NCBI GenBank assembly: GCA_964016885.1
Contig: CAXHJY010000996.1
Span: 62,001-126,000 of the forward strand
Length of the DNA: 64,000 nt
Origin: Eledone cirrhosa
Lineage: Eukaryota
Direction of reading: 5' to 3'
Positions 18,668 to 37,779 of this stretch are shown one piece after another (within the stretch, counting starts at the first letter, position 1; each line of letters opens with the position of its first letter). The notes beneath the pieces were generated by a model. The model was not told the origin of the DNA. It saw only the letters and a list, made by a program, of their open reading frames with translations, and did not search any database. The position numbers and the translations under genes were made by a program.

Positions 18668-18991
18668 CAGAATATTAATAAATGAAGACGTTCACATAAT
18701 CAAAATATATTTTATTATATATATTTCGAAGGTACTGTGCTGTTTTTTCAGTACGTCCTCGTCAGATAAAATACATGAATTGATGTGTGACATACCTCAA
18801 CGGTCTTTGAAAGAACAGCACAGTACCTTCGAAATATATATAATAAAACATATATTTTGATGATGTGAATGTTTTCATTTATTAATATTCTGAATAATAT
18901 TAATAACTCCAGAAAACTTCCTTGTAGAGTGCTGTTAATCTATTGTAAAACTATATTCATTGAGTAATCAATGAACCATATTAATCTTTGG

Positions 18992-18993
<2 letters not shown>
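18661..18993. mobile_element. Fold-back PLE-like mini-element
   Basis: About 90-bp inverted arms 18661-18750 and 18808-18899, tail to 18993. Confidence 0.75.
18708..18773 (-). ncRNA. Type I hammerhead ribozyme
   Basis: tattttat CTGACGA gga cgtactg...cagtac cttc GAAA tatata TA ataaaata. Confidence 0.85.
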
Positions 18994-19035
<42 letters not shown>

Positions 19036-19095
19036 ATAGAACTCACAACATTAAGTTCTAGTTTGAGTATGTCACTACCTGTAAACCAAATTTTG

Positions 19096-19156
19096 TATTT
19101 TATCTGATGAGGGCGTACCAACATTTTGGCACCATTGAAATATATATATAATATAC
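19096..19156 (+). ncRNA. Hammerhead ribozyme, partly degenerate
   Basis: tattttat CTGATGA gggcgtacca...tggcaccatt GAAA tatata TA; same family as 3694 and 47926. Confidence 0.55.
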
Positions 19157-19231
19157 TAAATATGGCTTTATAAAGATAGCTTCCATTTATTAATATTATT
19201 GATATATATCTATATCTATATCTATATACAT

Positions 19232-19366
<135 letters not shown>

Positions 19367-19394
19367 CGTGTGTGTGTGTGTGTATGTATGACGA

Positions 19395-19790
19395 AGGGTG
19401 AAGCAAGGTAGTGTTCTCGCTCTTACACTTTTCAGTATGCTCTTTTCAGCTATACTGCATGATGATATTCACGATTGCTAGAATAGCATACACATTCCAT
19501 ACAAGACTAATTGTGGGTTATTTAACCTTCGCTGTCTGCAGTCTCTCACAAAAGTAAAAGAAACCATCATCTCATCATGACTCCATCCTCAATTAGAACT
19601 CGGCATAAGATAGAAGAAATCGACAATTTCTTACAAGCCTGCGACAATTTTGGATTCAAAATTAGCCCAACAAAACGTTATGTACCTGGAAAGCCTCACC
19701 ATGAACTATACAACACAATGAAGGGACAGCAGCCGATAACTTCACCAATCTGGGAAACACCTTCTTACGAACTGCGAACATATATACAGA
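19395..19790 (+). pseudogene. RTE-clade LINE reverse transcriptase fragment
   Basis: GVKQGSVLALTLFSMLFSAIL (RT QG motif) and FLQACDNFGFKISPTK...PGKP, typical of RTE ORF2; frameshifted. Confidence 0.7.
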
Positions 19791-19807
19791 GATTAGCTCC
19801 GCTATAT

Positions 19808-19871
<64 letters not shown>

Positions 19872-19921
19872 CTCTCTCTACCTCTCTCTCTCTCTACCTC
19901 TCTCTACCTCTCTCTCTCTCT

Positions 19922-19977
<56 letters not shown>

Positions 19978-19988
19978 TATATATATAT

Positions 19989-20181
19989 AGGAAAATGTAT
20001 GACCCCGACGGCAGAGTTCAAGCCGTTTCGACGGCTATTTCTGGACTGAAATAGCCGTCAAAACGGCTTGAGCTCTGCCGTCGGAGTCATACATTTTCCT
20101 AGTACCCACTCTACTTCCCTAAGTATTGAGTACTCTGGTGCGTTATGGTCCATCTAGTTCCTTACCACTGCTCCTTCGTTA
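19989..20181 (+). mobile_element. Fold-back mini-element family B (diverged copy)
   Basis: Reverse-oriented homologue of 1209-1405; fold point next to CTGGAC. Confidence 0.75.
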
Positions 20182-20281
20182 TATATACATACATATATAT
20201 ATATATAAATGAAAGTATAGAAATTATTGTGAGCATGAAGCCAACAGTATTTTATAATATATATATATATATGTATATATA

Positions 20282-20326
<45 letters not shown>

Positions 20327-20327
20327 G

Positions 20328-20431
<104 letters not shown>

Positions 20432-20436
20432 GTATG

Positions 20437-20500
<64 letters not shown>

Positions 20501-20605
20501 CACATGCACACACATATATATATATATATGTGTGTGTGTGTGTATATATATTTTTATATATAGCTATACTTATATATATATATAATATATATATATATAT
20601 ATAAA

Positions 20606-20682
20606 CAGGGTGTTCCAAAAAATGTATAAACACTTCAACAGCATTCTAATAAAAGTGTGTATACATTTTTGGGGACACCCTG
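20606..20682. mobile_element. 77-bp Tc1/mariner-type MITE
   Basis: CAGGGTGTTCCAAAAAATG...CATTTTTGGGGACACCCTG. Confidence 0.8.
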
Positions 20683-20705
20683 TATGTATATATATATATA
20701 TACCC

Positions 20706-20764
<59 letters not shown>

Positions 20765-21449
20765 CATACATACACACACACATATATATGTACATACATA
20801 CACACACACACATATATATATACATACACACGCACACATATATATATTATACATTCACATACACACGCACACATATATTCACATACATACACACACACAC
20901 ATACATACGTAGTCGACCGACTTTCATAGATTCTTTCCGTTGCCCCCTCGCTCCACAATACATCTCTACCTCCCACCACATCCCTTTTTATCCTTCCTTA
21001 TATCCCCCCTCCCACTTCTTGACTCCTTGCCTCGTTTTTCCCTTCTCACCTCTGTCTCATATCTGCTGCTCCTGCTGATGTCATGTTGCTGCTGCTACTG
21101 CTGCTGCTGCTGCTGGTCTTCTCATTACGTTACAACTTTCCTTTACACACGCACGCGTGCGCACACACACATGTACACATACACGCACACATGCACACAC
21201 ACACACATGTATACACAACAGACACACATGTACACACACACACACACACATGTATACACAACACACACACATGTACACACACGCACACACATGTATACAC
21301 AACACACACATGTATACACAACACACACACACATGTACACACAACACACAACACACATGTACACACACACACACACACATGTACGCATACACACATTTCT
21401 TCCAACCATATTTGTCACTATAAAAAAAAACGCCCTCTAACTTTCTCTA

Positions 21450-21977
21450 TTACCACCACCACCACTATCACTACTACTACCACTACTATCACCACCACCA
21501 CCACCACCACTACCTCTACCCACGCCACCACCACTAACACTGCCACTACCACTACTATCACCACCACCACCACCACCATCACCACCACTACCACTACTAT
21601 CACCACCACCACTACCACCACTACCTCTACCCTCACCACCACCACCACCACCACCACTATCACTACTATCACCACCACCACCACCATCACCACCACTACC
21701 TCTACCCTCGCCACCACCACTAACACTGCCACTACCACTACTATCACCACCACCACCACCACCATCACCACCACTACCACTACTATCACCACCACCACTA
21801 CCACCACTACCTCTACCCTCACCACCACCACCACCACCACCACTATCACTACTATCACCACCACCACCACCACCATCACCACCACTACCACTACTATCAC
21901 CACCACCACTACCACCACTACCTCTACCCTCACCACCACCACCACCACCACCACTATCACTACTATCACCACCACCA
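21450..21977. repeat. (ACC/ACT)n trinucleotide array with higher-order duplications
   Basis: Seen directly; the poly-Thr and poly-Val ORFs are artefacts. Similar tract at 22555-22835. Confidence 0.9.
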
Positions 21978-22560
21978 TACAACCAAAGACAGTCAGCCTC
22001 GAGGTGGTCGCTCGAAAGCTAGTTAGAAATAGCAACCAAATCTCCTTCAAATCACATCACATCTCACTATTTATAAACGGACATACATTAGATAATGTAT
22101 TTCTGTTTCCTTCCACATGGTCATGGATGGAATGTTTTTCATCTCAGAATAGAGACTGCTCAGTCAGGGCTTACCTGGGGTAAACGAGGGGCTTAACTAG
22201 GGCTGACCTGGGGCTTACCTATGTCTGACCTGGGGCTTACCTATGGATGACCTAGGGCTTACCTATGGCTGACCTGGGGCTGACCTGAGGCTTACCTAGG
22301 GACTACCCCAGCTATATATTAATAGCCTCACCACTAGGGCAACCATGCCTTCAACCATAGTCTACTCAATAAGGGCTGACCCGAGGTTCTGGGCTGACCT
22401 GGGCTACCTAGGGCTGACATGGAGCTGACCTGGGGCTGACCCAGGGCTATATTTAACATCACTACAACCAATATTTCAGTTGCCTGATATCACCTTGTCT
22501 GACATTCTTCCAATTTTACTGTTCAACTTTCCTTCCATTCTTAATGTAACAATAACAACT

Positions 22561-22628
<68 letters not shown>

Positions 22629-23221
22629 CACTACTACTACTACTACTACCACTAACACCACTACCACTACCACCACTACCACTACTACCACTACCACCAT
22701 CACCACTACCACCACCACAACCACAACTACCACTACTACCAATACTACCACCACAACCACCACCACCAATACCACGACCACCAATGCTACCACCACCACC
22801 AACAACTTCACCTCCATACAACCACCACCACCTCTAGCGGTAGTGGTGTTGGTGATAGTGGTAGTGGAGTGGTCATAGCGGTGGTGTTCTGAAGATGGTT
22901 ATAATACCACGCCCCCCCCCCCCCCACTATCACAAAATCCACAATTACAATCCTAAACCTCAACCCAATCCCCACCACCACCAGTAATCATTCCTGTGCC
23001 TTATCAATTTCCTTGTCCCTCACACACATGTACACACACACACACATGTACCCACACGCACGCGAACACACACATATTGTAACACGCACACACACACAGA
23101 CACACACATATATATATGAAGGTATAAATAGGGAGATACAAAAAGAAATTTACCGGCTTTTTGTAAGCAGGTTTATCAGTCAACTTATCTTCATATATAT
23201 ATATATATATACACACACACA

Positions 23222-23264
<43 letters not shown>

Positions 23265-23285
23265 GCACACACACACACACATCTG

Positions 23286-23313
<28 letters not shown>

Positions 23314-23316
<3 letters not shown>

Positions 23317-23722
23317 AGGAGGTGAGTTTTATTGTAGTACAATAAAGCAATGCAGATATCGGATAAGTAGCACTCTACAGTTTGTAGGACTGGAGTATAA
23401 ATAATATATAAGATCAAAAGATGGTTAAAGGAGTTCCATGTATTTTATTATGCGCATTTCAAAAACAAACATCATCATGCAGTAATATTTGTGTTTTCAT
23501 CAGATAAAACAGGAGAACACTTGTGAATAGTGCAGTTTTAAATCAACATATATGTTGATTTAAAACTGCACTATTCACAAGTGTGTTTTAACCTTCATAT
23601 CATGTCTCCCTATTTTATCTGACGAAAACGCAAATGTTATTGCATGATGATATTTGTTTTTAAAATGCGCATAATAAAATACATGGAACTCTTTTAACCA
23701 TCTTTTTATCTTATATATTATA
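23314..23722 (-). mobile_element. Fold-back PLE-like mini-element with two opposed hammerheads
   Basis: Palindrome centred CAACATA|TATGTTG (23550/51), tail at 23314-23400; homologue at 61722-61975. Confidence 0.75.
23442..23510 (-). ncRNA. Type I hammerhead ribozyme (palindromic ATGCGCAT stem III)
   Basis: gttttat CTGATGA aaacacaaa...tttgttttt GAAA tgcgca TA ataaaat. The + copies at 23611-23681 and 61869-61938 have GAAA changed to AAAA. Confidence 0.7.
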
Positions 23723-23764
23723 TATATACACACACACACACATCTGTGTATATATATATATATT

Positions 23765-23796
<32 letters not shown>

Positions 23797-23842
23797 ACTA
23801 TATATATATATAGAGAGAGAGATGTGTGTGTATATATATTTT

Positions 23843-23917
23843 TTAATTCATAATAAATTGGAGTGAAAGCAGCTGGTGCGTGTGTTTCTTATTGGCAACA
23901 TGACCCTCCCAAAGTAT

Positions 23918-23923
<6 letters not shown>
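23843..23923 (+). mobile_element. Solo 3' terminus of the coding PLE family
   Basis: Reverse complement of 30181-30255 and 43058-43135, ending in (TA)n. Confidence 0.8.
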
Positions 23924-23985
<62 letters not shown>

Positions 23986-24243
23986 GAACGAGTTGGACCC
24001 CGAGGGCTGATCTCAAGCCGTTTCGATGGCTAATTCTGGACATTTCCTTCGTTAAAACGAAACATCAGTGATGCATCTGAACTCGATTTATTGTGTTTAA
24101 CAATTGTTTCGCGGGCGGAGAGCTGGAGACGCGATCATTGTGTGGATCTGTCTGATCCTGGATCCGCAGGTTCGATGGACACGTCTAATGATTTCGGAGC
24201 AAATTCTCTCATACCGCCTATGGAAGCATCTTAGTTACCATCA

Positions 24244-24348
<105 letters not shown>

Positions 24349-25030
24349 CACCACACTACACCACATACAACACCGCACACTACACCGGACACTACACCAC
24401 ACACTACACCACACTCTACACCACATACAACACCACACACTACAACACATACTACACCACATAGTACACCAACACTACACCACACACTACACCACACACT
24501 ACACCACATACTACACCACATAATACACCACACACTACACCACATACTACACTACACACTACACCACATACTACACCACCCACTACACCACATACTACAC
24601 CACACCACATATTACATCACATACTACACCACGCACTACACCACACACTACACCACACAATACACCACACACTTCACCACACACTACACCACATACTACA
24701 CCACACACTACACCACATACTACACCACACATTACACCACACACTATACCACACTACACCACACACTACATACTACAGCACACACTACACCACACACTAC
24801 ACCACACTACACTACACTACACTACACTACACTACACTACACTACACTACACTACACTACACTACACTACACCACAAAATACACCACATACTACACCACA
24901 CACTACACCACATACTACACCACACACTACACCACACACTACATCACATACTACATCACACACAACACCACACACTACACCACACACTACACCATCATTA
25001 GAGATTAAAAAACATAACCTCCAAAACAAT

Positions 25031-26932
25031 ATGATGTCTATCATCAACAATCAGAGAAGAGCTGAAGAGGCCTGGGCCATTGAGAAGATCAAACTCAATC
25101 CCAAAGTGTTCTTTTCATTTGCAAAAAAACACAAAATCACTGGCTCTACTGTTGGCCCTCTAATTGATGAAAATGGCACTCTTCAAGACAATGCTAAAAC
25201 CATGGGTGAGATACTGCAGAAACAATACTGCTCTGTTTTCAGCAATCCTGATATGGCCGATCTGGGCTGTATCGGTGATGTTACTCCCCATTACACCTTA
25301 TTGGACATAACGTTTGGCGCCCCTGATGTCTTAGCGGCAATAAAGGAAATCAAACATAATTCAGCAGTAGGTCCCGATAGGTTCCCTGCTTGTGTCTTGA
25401 AGGTGTGTCAACACCAACTTGCATCTCCTCTTGCCAATCTGTGGCGGAACTCACTGGATGCTGGATATGTGCCAGAAAACCTTCTATCCCAGTCTGTTGT
25501 CCCAGTTTTCAAAAAAGGAAACAAATCCCTTGCCGTGAATTACCGTCCAATCTCACTCACCTCTCATATCATTAAGGTATTTGAGAGAGTGGTGAGATCG
25601 CGAATGACTCACTTCCTTGAGAGTAACAATATGCTGAACTCCAACCAGCATGGATTCCGTAATGGAAGGGATTGCCTGACGCAGCTACTGCATCACTTTG
25701 ATGACATTTTGAGAGCCTTGGGAGAGGGTTCCTACACTGATGTTATCTACCTTGATTTCAGCAAGGCCTTTGACAGGGTTGATCACAACATTCTACTGAG
25801 AAAGCTGTCCAATATTGGTGCCACTGGAAAGCTGCTGCAGTGGATCAAGAGCTTCCTGTCAAACAGAACCCAATATGTTGTAGTCGAAGGAGTCAAATCC
25901 AGCCCAGCCAAAGTCAGTAGTGAGGTCCCACAAGGCACTGTGTTGGGCCCCCTTCTCTTCATCATCTATATTAATGACATCATTGACATCATCAAACACA
26001 GCAACATTAGAATTTTCGCTGATGATTCCAAGCTCCAAAAGGTCATCAATGGCGTGGATGACCGGATAAGCCTTCAGTCAGACCTACTGGCTGTTACCCA
26101 ATGGGCGGAAAAGAACAACATGTTACTGAACGAAGACAAATTCGAACTGATCCACTTTGGAAAAGAGGATGCTCTAAAACTCCCGTACTCCCTTCCCTCC
26201 GGTGAAACTCTCGTGGCATCTAACAACATCAGAGACTTGGGAGTAACTGTGGACAGCAACATAAGCTGGGCCACACATATAAGCAGCAAAGTTGACATGG
26301 CCCGCAGAATGTGTTCCTGGATCCTCAGAACATTCCAGTCGAGAGATTCCCACACCATTATCCTTCTCTTCTCCACTTTTGCCCGACCACACCTTGAATA
26401 CTGTTGTCCACTGTGGTCTCCCCACACGAAACAAAGTATCATGAAACTTGAAGCTCCCCAAAGGGCAATCACGAAAAAGATAGAGGGCATGTCAGACCTT
26501 GACTACTGGGGTCGACTAGAAAAGCTGAAACTTTACTCACTCCAACGTCGCCGTGAGCGTTATATTATCTGCATGATGTGGAAAATGTTTCATCAGCACT
26601 GCCCAAATGATGTTGGCATCACCTTCAAAATACACCCAAGGCTTGGGCCCCGTGTTATCCGTCCCAAACAAAAATCTAAATCGCAACTCATAACAACAAT
26701 ACGGCACAATTATTTCACCTCAATTGGCCCTGCTCTCTTCAACATCACACCAGGACACGTCAAAACAGAAACTAACCACACAAAATTCAAGAAGTATTTG
26801 GATAAATTCCTCCAAGTAATCCCGGACAAACCACCCATACCCGGATATGTCTCGCAAACAGTAATTCTCTTCTCGAATGGGCCATGGTGCCCAAATCCTG
26901 AATTGAAAGACTTCGCCAGGTGGTGCTATTAA
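25031..26932 (+). CDS. CR1-type (Jockey group) LINE ORF2 reverse transcriptase, 5'-truncated with no APE endonuclease
   Basis: YRPISLTS, QHGFR, YLDFSKAFDRVDH, VPQGTVLGPLLF, FADDSK, RDLGV, RPHLEYC, LYSLQRRRERY. The element spans about 24996-26976, with a 3' stem-loop TGGCC...GGCCA. Confidence 0.92.
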   Translation: MMSIINNQRRAEEAWAIEKIKLNPKVFFSFAKKHKITGSTVGPLIDENGTLQDNAKTMGEILQKQYCSVFSNPDMADLGCIGDVTPHYTLLDITFGAPDVLAAIKEIKHNSAVGPDRFPACVLKVCQHQLASPLANLWRNSLDAGYVPENLLSQSVVPVFKKGNKSLAVNYRPISLTSHIIKVFERVVRSRMTHFLESNNMLNSNQHGFRNGRDCLTQLLHHFDDILRALGEGSYTDVIYLDFSKAFDRVDHNILLRKLSNIGATGKLLQWIKSFLSNRTQYVVVEGVKSSPAKVSSEVPQGTVLGPLLFIIYINDIIDIIKHSNIRIFADDSKLQKVINGVDDRISLQSDLLAVTQWAEKNNMLLNEDKFELIHFGKEDALKLPYSLPSGETLVASNNIRDLGVTVDSNISWATHISSKVDMARRMCSWILRTFQSRDSHTIILLFSTFARPHLEYCCPLWSPHTKQSIMKLEAPQRAITKKIEGMSDLDYWGRLEKLKLYSLQRRRERYIICMMWKMFHQHCPNDVGITFKIHPRLGPRVIRPKQKSKSQLITTIRHNYFTSIGPALFNITPGHVKTETNHTKFKKYLDKFLQVIPDKPPIPGYVSQTVILFSNGPWCPNPELKDFARWCY

Positions 26933-26987
26933 GTTAGACATGGCCTGGGCCAATACTGGCCAAAACATTTCAAAGTTATATATATTA

Positions 26988-28032
<1,045 letters not shown>

Positions 28033-28102
28033 TATATGTATATATATATTATATATATATGTATATATATATGTATATATATATTATATGTATATGTATA
28101 TA

Positions 28103-28145
<43 letters not shown>

Positions 28146-28200
28146 GTATATATATATATGTATATATATATGTATATATATATGTATATATATATATATG

Positions 28201-28255
<55 letters not shown>

Positions 28256-28306
28256 GTATATATATATGTATATTTATATGTATATAGATATATATATGTA
28301 TATATG

Positions 28307-28337
<31 letters not shown>

Positions 28338-28398
28338 GTATATATATATGTATATATATATGTATATATATATGTATATATATATGTATATATATATG

Positions 28399-28451
<53 letters not shown>

Positions 28452-28502
28452 GTATATATATATATATATGTATATACATATATATATATATATATGTATA
28501 TA

Positions 28503-28550
<48 letters not shown>

Positions 28551-28598
28551 CATATATATATACATATATATATATACATATATATATATATGTATATA

Positions 28599-28661
<63 letters not shown>

Positions 28662-28687
28662 GTATATATATATGTATATATATATAT

Positions 28688-28790
<103 letters not shown>

Positions 28791-29052
28791 TATACCAAGG
28801 CTTTTTGCCCATATGAGTCTGTGAGTATTGATTTATTATTTTCTAGATCGTACAGGCAGACCTTATGTTGTTGAATTAAGATTTTTCACTCTAGCGATCT
28901 TATTAGTCAATTGCAACTATAACATGTAAATGTTCATCAAATATTAATTTATACTGCTCAGAAGCAATTCCTAGAGCTGAAATGATTGTAAATGACCTCC
29001 CTGAGTCTAAACTCTAAGCTATTTATGTATATATATATATATATTTAATATA

Positions 29053-29102
<50 letters not shown>

Positions 29103-29106
<4 letters not shown>

Positions 29107-29585
29107 AAATAAAGTTAAATAACAGTCAAATGATTAAAATTTAGCTTCGTTTATTACTGCTATATATATTTCAGTGACAGCCATCTTTGGCTGTGACCTC
29201 TTCAGGCAGTTTGAATTAGTATGGTATAGACAAGTACATATGTTGTTTAGGTGTATAATATTGTCATATGACTCCAGTTCCTCAGTGAATTAACAACCCA
29301 ACAAGGAACTGAGCATATCAGAGTATTGACTATATTATACACCTAAACAACATATGTACTTGTCTATACCATACTAATTCAAACTGCCTGAAGAGGTCAC
29401 AGCCAAAGATGGCTGTCACTGAAATATATATAGCAGTAATAAACGAAGGTAAATTTCAATCATTTGACTTTTATTTAACTTTATTTTACACTACTCCGGA
29501 GTAACCAAACCAACCTGCGCACTTCGTCGAGTGCTCCAGCCTGCAGACTGAGGTGTTGGTATACAACCAACATAAACTCAAAATC
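29103..29585 (+). mobile_element. Fold-back PLE-like mini-element with two intact opposed hammerheads
   Basis: About 165-bp inverted arms 29103-29266 and 29326-29489, then a tail to 29585; TA flanks. Confidence 0.8.
29383..29437 (+). ncRNA. Type I hammerhead ribozyme
   Basis: actgc CTGAAGA ggtcacagcca aaga tggctgtcact GAAA tatata TA gcagt; identical copy on minus at 29156-29210. Confidence 0.88.
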
Positions 29586-29587
29586 TA

Positions 29588-29636
<49 letters not shown>

Positions 29637-29890
29637 CTGACCAGGACTACCATGTTGCTAGATTATTTCCTATCTTTGGTTTGCTTTTATCCTTCTATGT
29701 TGTTCACTTGTCCCCCTCGCTTTACGCGATTACTGGTCCCAATAACTTTCTTTAGTTATTGCTCGCACCAACCTGAGGTAAATGATTTTTAATGCGATGA
29801 AATACCAATGATGGCTGGAAAATCACTGACGAAGTGTAACCCATGTGCAACCACGCAGTATTCTTCTTTCTTCTCATGTTTTATATATAT

Positions 29891-30003
<113 letters not shown>

Positions 30004-30012
30004 GTATATAAG

Positions 30013-30081
<69 letters not shown>

Positions 30082-30110
30082 GTATATATATATATGTATA
30101 TATATGTATT

Positions 30111-30143
<33 letters not shown>

Positions 30144-30335
30144 GTATATATATATGTATATATATATGTATATATATATATATTGTTATACTTTGGGAGG
30201 GTCATGTTGCCAATAAGAAACACACGCACCAGTTGCTTTCACTTCAATTTATTATAGTAAATTTATAATAAATTTATAAATTTATAAATTTCTGGTTGGT
30301 TGGTTGGTTCCACAACCAGATAGTTGTTTATATAT

Positions 30336-30380
30336 AGTCATAGTTCTTTCGTCACACACTCTGTGACCTCTTCAGTGACT
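30336..30380 (-). ncRNA. Minimal hammerhead ribozyme in PLE 3' UTR/pLTR
   Basis: agtca CTGAAGA g gtcac agagtgt gtgac GAAA gaac TA tgact; weaker copy at 43206-43248. Confidence 0.7.
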
Positions 30381-30615
30381 GGGGATTCCTTTCTTTGTTT
30401 CTGTGCCTCTCCTTTGTTCTGTCCTACGCCATTTTGTTTCTGTGTGTGTGTTGTGTGCTCAGTCTGCGCATGCGCCACATCCGGGTGTCTGTGTGTGTTT
30501 ATGTTCATTTATTTATTTATTTGTTTATTTACATGTTACTGGTTGGTTGTTTGTTCTATGTGTGTGTGTGTTTTCATTTTGTCCTTAATTGTAAGTTGTG
30601 ATGTTGCTGTTCCAC

Positions 30616-31590
30616 TCATATTTTTCTATTTAATTTTGGTTGTAATTCTTTTATGTTTATTGCCTCTGTAATTTGTCTAAACATTGCGTCTTTTCTGTGT
30701 GTAGATTCTATTTTTATTTCTATGTTCTCTAATTTACCCTTGTGTTCTATTTTAGCATGTTGGTAGAGTACAGATGATTCTTTATTATCTTGAAGGTCTC
30801 GCCAGTATTCATTTATCCGTTCCCCTACACTACGAGCTGTCTCACCTATGTACACTATATTTTTGTCTCTACATTGTCCTTCAGTACATCTTATGCTATA
30901 CACTACATTTCTAGTTTTACAGTTAATATGGGGGCTTATTTTACAGGTTATACATTTCTTATCTATACATGAGGGTCTTTGAAAAGGGTATGTCTTGCTA
31001 ATAAGTGTTTTTACGGAGGTACCTGGTCTTTCTACTATCTTAATATTGAGTTTATGTTTATTTAGGGCCCTTCTAAATTTGTAAGCTAATTCACCTCTAG
31101 GGGTTGTATCGATGAACATTACACTCTGGTATTTATTGCTATCATACCATGAGTTTATTCTATTAGCCTTGTTCCTAGTTCTTTCTATTCTATTCCAAAA
31201 TTTGCTCCTATACAAGGGGCAGGTCCCATTTATGTCATTATTTACCATTTTTTCCCATTTGGTTCTGGCTCCTCTATACACTCTGATTTTATCTCTCTGA
31301 TTGTAGCCAGAGAACTGCATACGGTGGATGAAGTGTTGTATGTGTCTCTCTAGTTCTTCGGGGTTGCACATGCGGGACACATTTCTCATCACCCGTACCA
31401 AATCCGCAATCAGTATGTTGATTTGGTATGGTCCGAAACGGCCGAGTTTCGGTGGATCAGATGTTTGGAAGTCATGGGTTTGGCATAATGGGAATGGAGG
31501 ATTTGTTTTTTGTTGTTAATGGTATCTAACCAGAGCTCTGTGTCTAGTACAGGTAATCGTCGATGGTTGGGGTGTTTACTTGGTAGTCTA
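30616..31590 (-). pseudogene. PLE thumb/linker plus GIY-YIG endonuclease (frameshifted)
   Basis: ORF 30616-31401 has the Cys-rich linker [10 protein letters not shown] and NVVY...YIGET; there is a frameshift near 31425 and another near the C-terminus relative to the 43451 copy. Confidence 0.85.
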
Positions 31591-31594
31591 TAGT

Positions 31595-32232
31595 AACTCT
31601 AATGCTCTGTGTTGGATGTGTCTTTTCATTTCTGTTGGGTCGCACATGCGGGACACATTCTTCATCACTCGTACCAAGTCTGCGATCAGAATATTAAACT
31701 TAGCACTACTGGACATTGCTGAGTTTTTGAGTATCAGGTATTTGGAGGCCATGGGTTTAGCATAGTGTGAGTGGAGAATTTGGGCTCTCTCGTCTATAGT
31801 GTTAATCCAGAGTTCTGTGTCTAATACAGGTAGTCTATTGTTAGGGTGTTTGGAAGGGAAGTCGATAGTTACAGTTATACTCTGGTGTATGGAATTAGCT
31901 ATCTGCTGGATGCTTTCCATTGTGCTACGTTCTAAATCAAACTTGTTAGTGCTCACTAGTGGGGATGTTCTTATAGCTATATTGATATCGTCTACATAAC
32001 GAGAGTACATGATGAGGTCTATGGAGCTCTCATTAAGGAGATCTTTAAGTCTCCTTTCCACCATACCATGAAAAGGTTGGCAACATCACCAGCTATGCAG
32101 ACGCCAATGGCTGCTCCTTCATTTTGGGTGTAGATCTTCTCGTTGAACTTAAATATGTGGCCCTTGAGGTAGTTTTGATACTAGCCCCTATTGCATGTGC
32201 GATATACCTCCGGTTGGTGCGAGCAACGGCTA
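31595..32232 (-). pseudogene. PLE reverse transcriptase core fragment (second subfamily)
   Basis: QNEGAAIG...ANLFM, YSRYVDDINI, LPVLDTELW, HYAKPMAS. Confidence 0.85.
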
Positions 32233-37126
<4,894 letters not shown>

Positions 37127-37280
37127 ATATATAAGATACAAATACTTGAGTGCATTAGAGTTAAACACACTCGTCGTATTAGAGAAATGACAGTATAAGA
37201 TATATCTCAATGTTATCCAACAGAGCCGAAAAATTATATAAAATAAACAAAGAAGCCTTTAATTCATCAAAAATCTTTAT

Positions 37281-37324
37281 TTGCTGACAAATCTTCGTCC
37301 ATTAATAAGGACTCATCAGAGCAA
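37281..37324 (-). ncRNA. Minimal hammerhead ribozyme, degenerate stem III
   Basis: ttgct CTGATGA gtcc ttattaat ggac GAAG atttg TC agcaa. Confidence 0.65.
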
Positions 37325-37779
37325 GGAAAAAGACAAGAAGTATTAACGGCCAGAACAAGCCAAAACTCAGAAGAACAGCTAATGGATATTTATGAAAATT
37401 TGGGAAAATTATCATGGAAAGACATGCTAAATCTAATAGGGTGCATTTGTAAATAAAGACTATAGGGCAAGAGAGCAGGCAAGACATTAAACAAACCCAC
37501 GTTAAAAGTACAATATAAGTCTAATACTTGAAATACAACATAGTAATACAATGTGAGAATTATAATATAATATACAATACAATACAATAGATAATACAGA
37601 AATAAAACTTAATATATATATATATATACATCCACACTCACTCTGACACATATATATACACATTTACACATACACATAATAACACAAATATTAATATAAG
37701 CATTATAATAGAATAATCACCCTGACGGTGTGATTAAACAATACCAAAATCAATGAAAATAATATATTGACATTAAAAA

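Larger units (their letters stand above)
30181..32232 (-). mobile_element. Penelope-like element (RT plus C-terminal GIY-YIG), 5'-truncated, composite
   Basis: RT: [34 protein letters not shown]: VVYSIRC...YIGETARS...R...EA...LN. 3' UTR with hammerhead; both ends in (TA)n. Confidence 0.9.

Noticed and set aside
21083-22878. Mucin-like Thr-rich protein
   Set aside because: Pure trinucleotide repeat fused to CA repeat and SINE sequence, with no splice or codon evidence.
25031-26932. RT as a retron, DGR, telomerase or domesticated gene
   Set aside because: The motifs are ordinary CR1-type LINE ORF2, 5'-truncated and with a LINE 3' tail.
29636-29880. CTGACGA and CTGAGG motifs as a hammerhead
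   Set aside because: No correctly placed GAAA or complementary stems.
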